A stretch of 61,197 nucleotides of DNA, counting the filler, from Porpidia crustulata (Eukaryota): assembly GCA_964255105.1 (NCBI GenBank). It is 12 parts of 12 records of this genome, joined end to end, with 100 filler letters (N's around TTAATTAATTAA, not from the genome) between each part and the next. Parts side by side here need not be neighbours in the genome. Positions count along the whole stretch, not along the records: positions 10,244 to 15,258 come from CAXUWE010001932.1; positions 15,359 to 20,373 come from CAXUWE010001933.1; positions 20,474 to 25,487 come from CAXUWE010001934.1; 9 more parts are not named here. One strand, written 5' to 3'. The notes beneath the pieces were generated by a model. That model saw only the letters and a program-made list of their open reading frames with translations, made no database searches and was not told the DNA's origin. Each line of letters starts with the position of its first letter. The first letter of the stretch is position 1. The position numbers and the translations under genes are program-made. Positions 11,871 to 24,475 of the stretch are shown here, one piece after another.

Positions 11871-14102
11871 TTATGATACATCCCTTTTATTTCTGTGACA
11901 CCTTCTACGGTCATGATCTGATGATCCACATTGACCACATCGTCGTTTTTTTCCCTTTGACATAGTCTGTGAACTTTTTGGAGCATCAGACAGAATGGCA
12001 CTTAGATCGGGGCTATCTTCACTTGTTCCCCCATTAGTTTTGCGGATTTCATTTTTGGGCTTATCCAGGTTTAGGACAAATCCCTTTGTATACACTGTTG
12101 GATAATGTGGTGACCAAGTATTCTCTCCGCGCCAAGCTCCAAGCGCTCCATCCCATCCAATTGCAATGCATGCCATGGGATTTGCGGACTGGCGATGGTC
12201 AAAATTTTCTGCGTCCCACCTTTCATAATAGAATCTCAACGTGATGTTTTCCTCAACTAGAGATCTTGCCATGGGACTCTTTGGGGATGCAACAAGGTCA
12301 TTATATCGTAGCATGCGGTCTTCGTCCTGATCAAGCATCATAGCATATGTCCTAGCTGTTGTTTGTATGCACTCACTGCCAACATGGATCCGAGAAGATT
12401 CTCTATATGATGAATATGGTTCTCGAAGAACGTTAACATAACAGTAAATGCCATTGCTAGACATGGCAGATATCTTTGGTTGGAGAGGAATTGAGATCTC
12501 CTCTTGAGCACCAAATCCAGAAAATAGACGTACTAGTATTTCAAACTGGCTAGCAAAAGGAATTCCGAGGTCCGTCGAAGCAACATCTGGTCGATCCGAT
12601 AATAACATGTATGCGCGGATATTTGCGGTGCCAGACTTTGGAATCCGAGCTTCAAATATCCTTTCGTATAGGTATCTGAATCCGAGCCTTGAGATAGCGA
12701 TTTTAGAATCCTCGATAGTACCCCTGAGAATATAAGCCAGCACCACCAAAATATAACAAGCAGCTATAGTAGAGCATCGATAAGGGTGATTTCTGCAGTG
12801 GCACTCTTTTTGTATCGCTGCTACAGCATCAATTTGCATGCTAGCACAGCTCTGCTCTAGCATTTCCCCGCGTCATATTTCCTTCATTGTTGCTTCGTAT
12901 CCATCGCCGTATATTTCCGAGGTGTCTTTGTAATCCTCGATTTTCCGTTCGATATTGGCATGCATACGTTCCCAATGAGAGATTGCAGGGTTACGGAGCG
13001 GCTCCAGCTCGGGCAAGAGCTCTACAATATAGTCAATAGCTCCTTTAGGGCTTTGATAGTCCTGGGCTCGCTTGTATTCTGAGAGGACTATTGCGCATGA
13101 AGTAAGAAGCTGTGAAACTGGTATGACTGGCGTTGTGTCAAGCAGGTCTCCGAAGCAATCTTTGACTATCACATCGAGACTAAGTCGACTCGTGAGGAGG
13201 TGAGCGTCTCGGGGGTTGCCTTCAGTTTGCCATCTAGCCAAAAATTCCATAGGATTCAGAGCAAACGTACAGCTCGTTGAGCAAAGCGATGTACTCACAC
13301 CCCCGGCGAACTAAAATCGAATTTGAGCTTGATGATTAGCTGAATCAAAATTCTGGAACGCGATATCGCCACTCTTCAACCGGAGTTGAACACGGAGACC
13401 GAGCAGGTAGTCGCAAAAAGCCACAGGCCAGCAACATCCAGGTCCACCAATCACCTCAATGCTTTCCACGTGTCCCATTTGTATCTTTCCGATCTCGAAA
13501 ATAAGTTGTGCAAGCTCTTCTGGCTTAGGACAACGATTATTTGCGGAATCAAGAATATGGACTGGGGTGTTGAAGCCACCAAGCTGAGCTATCTGAGCAT
13601 ATTTATACCCAAATATGGAATTGGCAAATATACCTGCACACACTCTAACGTAAGTCTCCCACTGCGAGAAGGAAGGAGTGAGCTCGGATGGACTCCTGAT
13701 GAGTTTGGCCATTTCGTAGAACACTTTGGCAGAGTACTGGGCGCTATGACTCTCGGCAAGGCAAGCTGCTAATGCAACACTCGATGCGCCTTGAGAGCTC
13801 TGTACAAGCATTCGAAGAATGTGACGAACCCCCACTCCAAACCAGAAAACATCTCCAAAGCTAGAAAAGGCCTTTAACGATGCCATTGCCTCGTTCAATT
13901 TACGTTCACCACACAATCCTATTGGAATGTTCATACGCACAGCTTGTGCCATTGCTACTGTCAGAGATTCGAGACCTGCGCTGGAGAGTCGTCCCAGAAC
14001 TGAAAGAGAGGCAGAGAACGAAGTATGCGATAAAGCGGTCCAGTCGATAGTGCCTTGCTGCGCAAAGCTCGATCCAGCTTGAGACTTTGGAACAAGCTCC
14101 AT
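11871..14102 (-). pseudogene. Large uncharacterised fungal protein interrupted by two in-frame stops; C-terminal CCHC zinc knuckle
   Basis: ORFs 13311-14231, 12873-13298 and 11871-12863 share one frame, separated by single TAG (13311-13313) and TGA (12873-12875). N-terminal FAQQGTIDWTALS...LGRLSSAG motif. Ends CGQCGSSDHDRRRC (CX2CX4HX4C). Confidence 0.6.
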
Positions 14103-14881
14103 CGCATAAGACAATCCACGTATCTCAGATAAGAGTGATTCAGAAGATCGGGGTGTCGTGGTAGTAGCTTGAAAGAATGAAGAGGATATCACCTCATGGA
14201 ATAATGCGAGCCTTGCGACGTGAGTCATCAATAGTCAGGTGGGCTTTAACTCGTCAACTGAAGTACGCAATAGTAAATTGTGGAGGCGCCTAAAGCTCCT
14301 CCGGGAGGCCTGCAAACTTTCATGGAGGGCAGTCAGAGCATACTCGGGGTCGTCATCTCCAATAAATATAATAGTCCAACGTTTGTGTATAGAATGTGAA
14401 TACGCTCATGTTGTAAACTGCACTGTGTCCATTCCAAGTAAGCGCTCCGACAGTCGCCCAGATGAAAGTTTACTTGCTCTCTGTTCCTCGTTCAGCTTCT
14501 CCCAGCATCATACAAGAATGAAGAGGCGGTCACTCTACGCTCAAAGTGAGATTAGATCACGGCAGCTTTCTATAAGCTTCGCAGGATGAGACGGATTGAT
14601 TCGCTCTGAAATCTGTCATCTGAGATTCGTCGAGAATTCTCGTCATCGTGAAAGATTCTGTAGAAAGTGACGAAATTTAAGCAGCAGACTGAGTTTAAGT
14701 CATTGAAATATCTACGACGAAATTAGCTCAAGCCGTTATCGATGGAGGCATTTCAGGCTCCCAGCCCCTATGCCCCTGCACTATCCCATAGGATTGCATC
14801 TAACTCCCTCACTGCTCTTCCTGTAGCGGCCCTGCTCCCTTTCCCGACCGGAAACGGTAATCTCAATTCCTAAGTTCGGTG

Positions 14882-14913
14882 TATATAATATATAATATAT
14901 ATATACATATATA
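14882..14913. repeat. Imperfect (TA)n microsatellite
   Basis: tatataatatataatatatatatacatatata. Confidence 0.8.
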
Positions 14914-15836
14914 CAAGCAGGGAAGGGCAAAATCCATTGGAAAACTTCCACACGCTTCCCGCATGATTTCTCTCCATCGTTTAATTGTTATATCTAGACT
15001 TCGATCCAGGCATACTACTGGCACTTTCTTTCAAGTCTGGTATCAGGACTTGTATCTCGCCACCGACATCCATACCCTGACATCCAATCCCTTCAAATAA
15101 CCCCCCCGACCCCTTCCAAAAAACATTGTTCTTGAAGCTCGTCCTCTATTCTCGCGCAGGAAGGGGAGAAGGGAGATATTTTGATTGCGGAAGGAAAGTG
15201 GATAATGGGGCGTGTAGGGCGGTGTCGGCGAGCTGGGATGGTGGGATTGGTGGGGGGGNNNNNNNNNNNNNNNNNNNNNNNNNNNNNNNNNNNNNNNNNN
15301 NNTTAATTAATTAANNNNNNNNNNNNNNNNNNNNNNNNNNNNNNNNNNNNNNNNNNNNGTCGTGAGGATGGCGAGCGGAGGGTGGAGGGTGGAGAATGTA
15401 GCTTGCTGCGGAGCGCTCTCTTGTGTGAATCCCGAGAAGGATCGTGAAATGTAGGCTTGTTACTGTATTGAGCTAGTTCTGCCGATCAAAAAGTCGCGGG
15501 CCCTGCCAAGCCTTTTCAGCCGAGGGCGGCGTTTTTGGATCGTCATTGTTGAGAGAGAGATTGACAGTCGTGACAGCCCATGGGGGTAGTCAGACCATAT
15601 ATCCTAACCATCAATTCCTCCACGTGCAGTCTTCCATCGCTGTTAACTGATAACCTATCCACATCATCTTATATATCCAATACTCCACATAGAAGATCAA
15701 TTTCGCACTACTGATGGCATTATCTACACCCCGCTTTGCATGACAAACAGAGAGACAGTCCCTCACTACTCGACTCTTCTCGTCATCTCTACTCGCTCCT
15801 GAAGCACCTTGGCCGCCCTAACTATAACCCTTGACT

Positions 15837-17385
15837 ATGGCTTGCTCTTCTACATCTCTCACACTTGAATCATACGATGAGCGATCCACTGGACGCAAAT
15901 ATGGCACCTTATCGCCGCCTGCGCAATCACCCCACCAGAGGCGGCGTCATTCGTCATTCCAACCAGTCCGAAGGCATTCTCACGAGTTAGATGCCGAGGC
16001 GATATTCATGAAGGTGATACACACACTTTACTATTAGGATCAGACAGCATGAATACTAATTGAAGAATAAGGTCGACCTCTTCATCTCCGAACTCGAAGC
16101 CCGACTCGATTGGATTGAAAGCTATGGGAATCTCAAACTAGATTCTGGCATTAACCGTGCCTACTCTACCCTCGGAGCTGTACGGGACTCATGCTCACAA
16201 GTCTCCGGAGATCTCATCGGCGCCGGCAGACGGCGAGCCAAAATACTAGTTGAGACGGTAGAAGGCCGATACAATGACGTCCTGGCCACTCGTGGAACCT
16301 TAGAAGCCAAAGCTCAAGCTGGCATGCGTCTCATGGAAGGATTCCTCTCCGAACTCGAAGCTCGCGCATATGCCGTCCGCGACTCTGGCCTTTCATCCGT
16401 CATGGATGAAGGGTGGCGTATCGCTGAAGAGGGGTTCGGGAAAGCTCGGGAAGTTGTCGATGAGGGTTTTGAAAAAGCACGTCGGGCAAAAGAGACTCTC
16501 AAGGAAAGTATCGAGCACGCTATCAAGCGTGCTCAAGAGCATGGACTTATCAAATACGAAGACCTTCCTCACCCATGGCGAGTAAACCCTCATATCACCA
16601 AAGGATACCGCTTCTCAGGCTCCAAGATAGAGTGTGTACGGTCAGCCTTTAACTTCCACAACGAGCTCGTCAATATCTGGTCTCACGCCATAGGCCTCTT
16701 GATTGTCCTTGCAATCGCGTTTTATTTCTACCCAGCCTCCGTCAACTTCTCCCAATCGACCCGCACCGATATCTTCTTCGCCGCTGTTTTCTTTTTCGCG
16801 GCCTGCAAATGCTTAATATGCAGTTGCATGTGGCACACCATGAGTAGCATTTCGGAACAAAACCTGATGGAACGATTTGCATGCGTCGACTACACGGGGA
16901 TAAGTCTGTTGATCGCAGCGAGCATCATGACGACGGAGTACACGGCCTTCTATTGTGAGCCCGTCAGCCGGTGGATCTACATCGTCATGACCGCTACTCT
17001 CGGCGTCGCCGGTGTGATCCTACCATGGCATCCTACCTTCAATCGTGCAGACATGAACTGGGCCCGCGTCGCTTTCTATGTCTCCCTCGCCGCCACGGGT
17101 TTCGCCCCCGTGTTCCAGCTCAGCTGGACCAGAGGCAGCGAATGGTCGTGGTACTTTTACGCACCCATTATCAAGAGCATCACGGTCTACCTTGTCGGAG
17201 CCGTCATCTACGCGGGCCAAGTACCCGAGAGGTGGCTGCATGGCTGGTTCGACTACGTGGGTGGAAGCCACAACATCTGGCATCTGGCGGTGCTGGGAGG
17301 GATACTGTTCCACTATTCGGCAATGCAGAGCTTCTTTGTCGTGGCGTTTGAGAGCCGGGATTCGTCGGCTTGTTCGGTGTATTGA
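15837..17385 (+). CDS. PAQR / haemolysin-III family membrane protein, IZH3-like (2 exons; intron 16014-16071)
   Basis: HNELVNIWSH, SCMWHT, CVDYTGISLLI, VPERW..GWFDYVGGSHNIWH; coiled N-terminal region. Confidence 0.9.
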
Positions 17386-18431
17386 GGATCGCATTCACTC
17401 GGCTGTTTGAGTAGTGAAGTCTCTAAAGCTTCATGGCTAGTAGCTATTGAGTGACGGTAGGACGTTTGAAGGGCAATCACTTTCAAGTCAGGGCCAACCC
17501 AAAACAAGGGTAATATCATCCCTTCACTTTGGCCCTCCTCCACGTCTAGCCACGACGCCAACAGCAATATCCCACCGCAGTATCGGCGGCCCAGCGTCAC
17601 ACCACCAGCAGTCACCCGCGCAATATTCACGCCCCCGACTCCGAACAACTACCCTCCGCAACCCACCCTTGCTCTACAACAATCCATATCCACCACCTCG
17701 CCACGGAACCGATCCCATCTCCGCACCCAAGCCGCAGCTCGCACGGGAAGGTTCTCGACCACCCCATGACGGCAGAAGTCTAAACGACGAAAGAGAATAT
17801 CAAGAGCACAGATCGAAGAATCAATTCCTTCGACTCCTCGATGACGGAATGGGTAATCATGCGGCACGTTTCGAAACAAACGTATCACGTGCCTACTTGA
17901 CTCCCCTCAGTCAAATAGAGCGCAGAGACATGACGGTTCTAGAAATCTAGCGAATTCGTACGTGACGTCGGTGGTTTGTAGGCTAGGAGAAACCCCCTGT
18001 GATGGTGTGTATGGTTTTCGCATCTTTTTCAGCGGTCATGGGTTGATTCAAGGTGGCAAGAGGGACACAGATAGTGCAAATTGCGAGCAGGTCATTGTCA
18101 CCAAATGGTGTGGTATGACATTGCGGCGGACTGTATGGCCTTGTGTACGGCGAAGTGAGTCCGGCGTGGTAGGGATGGTTGGGGATAGATATGAATGGCA
18201 TCGCGGCCTTTTAGTAAATATTTGGGTCCTTCGCAATTCCAATACAGCAAACAAAGTATTCGTGAACTCAACAAGTCACCTTGCCAAGGCTAACATGGCG
18301 GATGGAAAATGGATTGAATATTTATGTAGCAACGTAGCCCGCTAATTCTGAGACCCAGGAACTCCCCCCAAAAATGCCACTCCATACGTGATGCATAATT
18401 TCCGCTATCGACTCCCTCGCTAGTAACTTTG

Positions 18432-19757
18432 TCACGACATCCTCCCTTCCCCCCTACCGTACATCACCCCGGGGCTGACCCGCGCCGGACTCCCCAGATA
18501 CGGCTCCCCGGCTTTGAACCCCGCATCCCGCATCATTTCCGTAAATCGTGTGTTCCTCAAATCTCCATCAAGCGCAATGTTCGGCGGACTGTAGATCCGG
18601 ATGCTCTCGCTGCTGGGCTCGTGTTTTAGGTCGGGAGTACGATAGTTCACCATCTCCGGGGTCTTGGGTACGATGCTCCTGCCGATCCCGTCGCGGAAGG
18701 TAGGGCTGCGCGAGAAAAGGGAGCGAACGCGCGAGGTGCGGGCGTGTTGTGTGCTTTGGGAGGACAGGGAGGGCGCGGCGGCGAACATTTTTGCGCTATC
18801 GCGGCGGAGGAAGTCGGTGCGAGTGGGGCCGAGGTGGCCGGGGTTGTAGATGGGGTCGGAGACTGTGGCGGCGACGGAGGAAAAGTCGGAGTTTGCGGCA
18901 GCTTTTGCTTCTTTGGCGGAGCGTCGGCGGCCGATGCAGAGGATCATGCCGACGGCGAGTAGGACACCTAGGAAGAGGCCGGGAAAGAGGCCGGCAAGGA
19001 TCGCGGGTGCGGGAAAGGGGTTGTTGTTAGCCACTGCAGGCGTCGTGCTGGTTGCTGGGGCGCTTGCTGGGATGCTGGTGGGGCTCGAGGTGCTGGAGTG
19101 GGTTGAGGCGGAGTTCGTCGTGGAGGAGGAGCTTGTGGGGGAGGAGCTGGGAGAGACTGTTTTTGATGAGCTTGTTGTACTGGTTACACTTGGAAAATTG
19201 AAAATGGGTAAAGTTGTAGTTGGTAATGCAGAAGTGGAAGTGCTTTTACCAGAAGTTGATGCCGCAGATGCGGATGCAGCAGAAGCTGCGCTTGAGCCCG
19301 CCGCTGTCGGCGGTTTCATGATGCACTGCACGGTATTGTCGCACGTGTAGCCTTGTGGGCAGCAGTCGCCGCCACATTTTACCAGTGGGCCCCCAAAGTC
19401 CGTACTATGGAGCTCATTGTCTGGATGTAGAGTGGCGTTATTCTGACTTATGTCGCACGAGGTTGGTGATATGGTTTGACAGTTTTTATGGCCTGGAGCA
19501 CAGCAGATGACGGAGGCGTTGTTGTTGAATTGAACGCACGATGTATCTTGAGGGCAGCAGAAGTTGGCTTGCGGTCCTGAGAGATGGCATGATTGATAGC
19601 CAGTGATGGCGCAAGACTGAACAGAGCTATCAGACTGTCGTTCCAGTAAACTTGTCGTCCGCGCGTTGAAAGGAGCTGCTATCAGGGCTGAGACCACTGG
19701 AAGAGTTGCCCATATAGCACACGCTGCTGTGAGGTTGAATATGGTCGCCCGGACCAT
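18432..19757 (-). CDS. Type I membrane protein: signal peptide, Cys-rich ectodomain, Ser/Thr stalk, one TM, cytoplasmic tail (cell-wall sensor-like)
   Basis: Hydrophobic N-terminus from MVRATIF; CC...C...CC...C clusters; S/T-rich segment; TM AILAGLFPGLFLGVLLAVGMILCI followed by GRRR; tail motifs VSDPIY and RTDFLRR. Confidence 0.8.
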   Translation of the reverse strand: MVRATIFNLTAACAIWATLPVVSALIAAPFNARTTSLLERQSDSSVQSCAITGYQSCHLSGPQANFCCPQDTSCVQFNNNASVICCAPGHKNCQTISPTSCDISQNNATLHPDNELHSTDFGGPLVKCGGDCCPQGYTCDNTVQCIMKPPTAAGSSAASAASASAASTSGKSTSTSALPTTTLPIFNFPSVTSTTSSSKTVSPSSSPTSSSSTTNSASTHSSTSSPTSIPASAPATSTTPAVANNNPFPAPAILAGLFPGLFLGVLLAVGMILCIGRRRSAKEAKAAANSDFSSVAATVSDPIYNPGHLGPTRTDFLRRDSAKMFAAAPSLSSQSTQHARTSRVRSLFSRSPTFRDGIGRSIVPKTPEMVNYRTPDLKHEPSSESIRIYSPPNIALDGDLRNTRFTEMMRDAGFKAGEPYLGSPARVSPGVMYGRGEGRMS

Positions 19758-20573
19758 GTTTGCTACGTGCCTGCACAAAATGGTCTGGTGAGTATTCTCC
19801 AGGAACGTTGAAAACTTTACAAGTGATAGATCTGTGGGGGAGGCAGAATAACCCTCCTCGTTGAGTCGAGGATAAAGAAATATGATTAAAATTAGTCAAT
19901 GAAGGGTGAACAATGAGACAATTGGAGAGTCAGCAAGGAAACTTATGGCACGCTCAATGCTCAGTGGGTATATTAATACATTCATTGACAAGGCGAGGGA
20001 AGAAAGCAGGTCAAGTTCTCTTGACCTTCGCAAACAAAGAAGATGGAGCGCTGAGGCACTCGAATGCTTCACGTAGTTCCCGGAATAAAGCATTGTGGCA
20101 CGCGCCAGAACTTGAGCGATTGGACAATGGTAGGGTGCACGTTCTACAGCAGAGTGAGATGACTCTTCACAATGAGAGGTCATTCAGGACTGATATAGGA
20201 AGTGAAACGAAACTTTGACGATAGTCTGGCGGCTGTTTGTAACATGTCGAACAGAAGATGAAGCAGCGAACGCGTTGACTGGTTGAAACATTCAATACCG
20301 CGCTAGCGTGATTGGAAACATATCGCTGTGTGCAAATTGGTATGGCCGATTTTTGAATTTAGCGAAAACGAAANNNNNNNNNNNNNNNNNNNNNNNNNNN
20401 NNNNNNNNNNNNNNNNNTTAATTAATTAANNNNNNNNNNNNNNNNNNNNNNNNNNNNNNNNNNNNNNNNNNNNGTCTTTCATAAGCCTAGCTTGCATAAG
20501 GACAATAAACCTGACATAACAAACAAACGTAAAAACACCTCGTAAGCAAACTTTGCCGACATAGGCTCGCACG

Positions 20574-21151
20574 ATGCATCTCTTCTATGGAGGCTTTAAT
20601 TTCACTAAAACCAACAGCATCGGTGCTGATATTGGCAAGTTCGTCCATGACCGCTCGCTATTCCTGCAAATTTGGTCCTGGGCCTCTGATCAAGGCAACA
20701 ATGTCTTGGAGTGGCTCAAGCAACCTCGTGAGCAGCTACCGGAGGAGTGGATTGGGCAGAATGAACGTTGGCTGACGAGACCTACAGATGTGTTGGCACT
20801 TATCATGGCATGGTGGATCACCTTTACGGTCGTGCTTCTGCTGTTGTTTGCATTAGGCTTCAACCCTATTGGCATTGGCGCAGGTATGACTTTCTTGGTT
20901 GGCGAGATTAGCATATCATCATTTTCGTACTTGTTTTCCTTAAGCATAAGGCTGATCCTTATGCAACAGGTACTCTAGCCGCAGCCTTCCAATCCTTTGC
21001 TTACGGAGGCTTCACACCTGCCGGAGGCATTTTCGCTACACTGACGTCAATGGGGATGCTTGGGGTCCTGAGGCCGCTGGAAGTAGGCCTGGCAGCTGTG
21101 AGTGCCACAGGGATTGCAATTATTGTGTGGGCTTATGGAGTCGGACGTTAG
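20574..21151 (+). CDS. Small membrane protein with IFI6/IFI27 (ISG12)-like glycine motif (intron 20884-20969)
   Basis: Spliced LGFNPIGIGAGTLAAAFQSFAYGGFTPAGGIFATLTSMGMLG; canonical GTATGA...GCTGAT...CAG intron; stop at 21149-21151. Confidence 0.8.
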
Positions 21152-21509
21152 GAGAGCAAGCAGGGCTGTTGAGGAAAAGGCAATACAAACAGGAGACAAG
21201 AGCTACACCTCCTTGTGTTAGAGAAACTGATGGCCACACTTCCCGCATGTAGTCAGTGAGACCATAAAAGTCACCCTAAGACTAAGATGCGCCCTAAACA
21301 TTGAGCCACGGAGCAGCCGATTCATTAAATGGAATATATATTCAGCGTCAGGTTGGCATTTTTGTTATGTATTTATTGTGGAAGTATGGGCCGTAATCAG
21401 TGAGAGGTAGCTTAGAACTGTCAAGAAACGTATCATGATGTCTTAACATCAGATCGTTCAATAAGTTTTAAAAAAAAGTAAAGCTTCGAAATCAAGGCGT
21501 TCACGTAGG

Positions 21510-22004
21510 CTATAGTACATCTCTTCCTCGTCCATCATGGGCATGAATGTCCATTCCGGTGTTCAATAGCCTCTGTACCGAAGATTTGTCCTTGGACCAT
21601 ACAGGATGATGTAACTGAATACTGCTCAAGTCACATATAAGATCTCCGCATTCACTATAGAAATCATCCCAGCCATCATACATATCCATAATGACCAAAA
21701 GGATCAGTGCAAATTTCTCCGTAATTCGGGGATCAAACCAAGCCCATTCGAGAAACGGGATTTCTGTTTTGGGATCACGCGATTGGATCTATTTTGGTAA
21801 AGATAGCTGGTCTCAGGCGATGAGATTGCCCAATCTGGTCACGCATTCCTTTAAACTGGTAATGTCTTCCTTCATGCCCTTTGTCTCCTGCAGAAGGAAC
21901 TCCACCTTCACTTCCGTCTTTTGAGCATGTCTTTCGGCCTTTTGGATTCGTTCTTCTGCCCGGCCGACACGTGTATCTTGGTCTCTTTGGAGATCAATGA
22001 CCAT
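21510..22004 (-). pseudogene. Degenerate gene relic: coiled-coil segment plus one ankyrin-like repeat, with in-frame stops
   Basis: ORFs 21813-22004 and 21510-21698 are in one frame, separated by TGA and TAG. Ends LHHPVWSKDKSSVQRLLNTGMDIHAHDGRGRDVL (ankyrin consensus-like). Confidence 0.5.
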
Positions 22005-22843
22005 GTTAGCAAGCTTGGCTGGCTAAGAGAGCGTTATCGGTGTTTTGACGTGCTGCGGGGCGCATGCCTTTCTTCCTCGGGGTTGGGTTTTGGAGGAGGG
22101 GGGTTCAACGGCCTCGTCGTCTATATCTGTTTCGCGCGACTTGTCAGTGGAACGTCGAGTCGTTGTAGGACATTGCAAGCCCATGGACAGCTTAAGATTA
22201 ACACAGTCTTAAGTTTCTGAGGGCGGTGGCGTTGCCATTGCGCTTGCCGCCGGCGTTATAGCCTAGGATGTATGTGGGAATTAGTAGAGGGGGTGGGTAT
22301 ACAATAAATAATAGGTTAAGGTCAACGTTCTCTTGACTACAATGTAAGGTAAGTCAGATATCGAAAGATTCAACTCTGGTACGTGGCGTAGACTGTGTTG
22401 TCCTCGAGCGGACTCATATGTAGGCGTTGAGAGATAGTGAGGATCCTCTGCCTTTGGGATACAATTTAAGGGTGCTACCAGATACTATCGTGCTGTGCTC
22501 TGCGCATGAAGAAAATCAGAAATTCTCGTCATGTGATGCATAATGCGCGCGCGCACTTTCAGTCACGTGATATGAAAACATTAGGCAACGCGAATAATTT
22601 GTGTGCAGGTGAGAACGCGCCCGATTCGCGATGGTCTCGACGCCGTTTTACGAGGGCTTCCCACTGTTCCATTTTAGCGCCCGGAATGGTTGAATCTTAC
22701 GGTATTGATCGGTAATTTTCAGAACAATTTAATGACTTTTTAGATGTTCTGCGGAGGATTCGCTCCCGCGGGACAGTGCAGGGAGGGCGCAGCTCCTATT
22801 TCCAACACCAAGATCTCCTAGACCTCAAGCACTTGTCCTCCTC

Positions 22844-24475
22844 ATGAGTCTCGACCCATACCGACATGGTTGGGTGCCAGAAGCCGACGTCAACCAGCGT
22901 GGAACGGCGAACATCCTCTACACCTGTTTCTTCACCATCTACGCCTGCACCTGGACCGCCTTGCACCTCAACATCGCTCACCGCGACCTGTCGTCTTGTG
23001 GCAAGCTCTTCCGCAAATTTCAATGGATGGTCCTCGCCATCTTTGCTCCTGAGTACATCACCCTCACCGCCCTCGTTCAACGCTCTAGTACCGTCATCGC
23101 TCTTGCCGAGACATGGCCTCTGAAAGAACGCTCACGCGCTCTTGTCTTCTATGCTTTGATGGTAGGATTCGAGCTGCGTTTTGATGATGGGACGCTCCAT
23201 CGACTCACCTATTCTGAATTTCGGGGCCTCATTCGCGCTAGGTTCATCGATGCGCCCATCATCTCGGCTGAAGAGGTCGATGATAAGAGTAAAGGCAACT
23301 GGTTCACCAAGTCGCTGGCTTTGCTGCAGATTGGCTGGTTTGTCATACAGCTACTGAGCAGGGTGGCGCAGCATCTGGAGACGACGCCGCTTGAGCTTTT
23401 CACGTTGGGTGTGGTGGGTTGCACGATCATCAGCTATATCTATTGGTGGGCTAATCCGCTTGATTTCAATACTTCTACTCCGGTTTCTAAAGGATCGAGT
23501 TTCGAGATCTCGCAGCAGGTATTTTTTGAGCCGTTGGAGGTTTACCGGTTGAGAGAGGTGGTTTTAGAGTCAAAGTCTGAGCCATGGTTCGATGCGTTGC
23601 GAGCCTTTGTTCCATCTTCCCTCGATCGCTGCATTTCCGAGCAGCGGGCAAGGGGAAGCCTTGCTCCTGAACTACAGGTGGGAGCTTTCGATGATCGTCG
23701 ATTACCAGCATTTATCGGACTCCATCCTCCGAACGCTCCTCAAAAGGTCTTGAACCTCCTTGGTGGGCTTTCACTGTTGACACAAGACGAGCTTGTAAAG
23801 TGGGAAACGAATCGTGATGGTATTATGGCTCTGAGATCTATTGACCGCGCAGTATCGCGCATTGACCGTGCTCGTTGGGGTCGACGACGTGACATGTTTA
23901 CGCTTTCTGGAACAAAGAAGCATCAGCCACGGCCTTCTGGCGCACGACCAGGCGGGTTCTGGAGCAATGCGTTCTTCGAAGACCGCGTGGTCCACACTTC
24001 TTCGTCCCTTGGTTTTGCGTTCACATGTCTTGTTTTCGGCGCTTGCCATCTGCTCGCGTGGAATTATACTTTCCCCTCCACCGCCGAGCGCGTGCTCTGG
24101 CGCGTGATGAGCATTTCCTGCACGGTTCTGCCAATGGTCCTTCTCGTTGTGGATAATGGATCCAACTGGCTGAATAAGAAGCTGACGAAAACGGCCAAGC
24201 CGGTCGTGAACAAAGAAAATGCGTTATGTTCGTCCTTGAAACACTTACCCAACCAGATGACTACGATAGCGGGCTCAATCTTTCGAACTGGAATCACTTG
24301 CTTTGAAGCCTTGTATTCTGGACTAACTTCTTTCATCGCTTCCCTGATTGTACGATGTCTGTATATCCTTATACGTCTTTATCTACTCGTCGCCATCTTC
24401 ATCAGTCTTCGTCTGGTCCCATCTAGCGTGTATACCACCGTTGACTGGTTTCGTTATATACCCCATTTTGGCTGA
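22844..24475 (+). CDS. Uncharacterised fungal multi-pass membrane protein (543 aa, intronless)
   Basis: GWV...RGT..IL.TC..TI.ACTWTALHLNI, PEY, DKSKGNWFTK, TPLELFTL, CHLLAWNYTFPS.AERVLWR. I recall this motif set from a widespread fungal hypothetical family. Several TM segments. Confidence 0.8.
   Translation: MSLDPYRHGWVPEADVNQRGTANILYTCFFTIYACTWTALHLNIAHRDLSSCGKLFRKFQWMVLAIFAPEYITLTALVQRSSTVIALAETWPLKERSRALVFYALMVGFELRFDDGTLHRLTYSEFRGLIRARFIDAPIISAEEVDDKSKGNWFTKSLALLQIGWFVIQLLSRVAQHLETTPLELFTLGVVGCTIISYIYWWANPLDFNTSTPVSKGSSFEISQQVFFEPLEVYRLREVVLESKSEPWFDALRAFVPSSLDRCISEQRARGSLAPELQVGAFDDRRLPAFIGLHPPNAPQKVLNLLGGLSLLTQDELVKWETNRDGIMALRSIDRAVSRIDRARWGRRRDMFTLSGTKKHQPRPSGARPGGFWSNAFFEDRVVHTSSSLGFAFTCLVFGACHLLAWNYTFPSTAERVLWRVMSISCTVLPMVLLVVDNGSNWLNKKLTKTAKPVVNKENALCSSLKHLPNQMTTIAGSIFRTGITCFEALYSGLTSFIASLIVRCLYILIRLYLLVAIFISLRLVPSSVYTTVDWFRYIPHFG

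Noticed and set aside
17447..18345. 167-aa and 127-aa ORFs between convergent genes
   Set aside because: Non-ATG starts and low complexity; likely UTR or terminator sequence.
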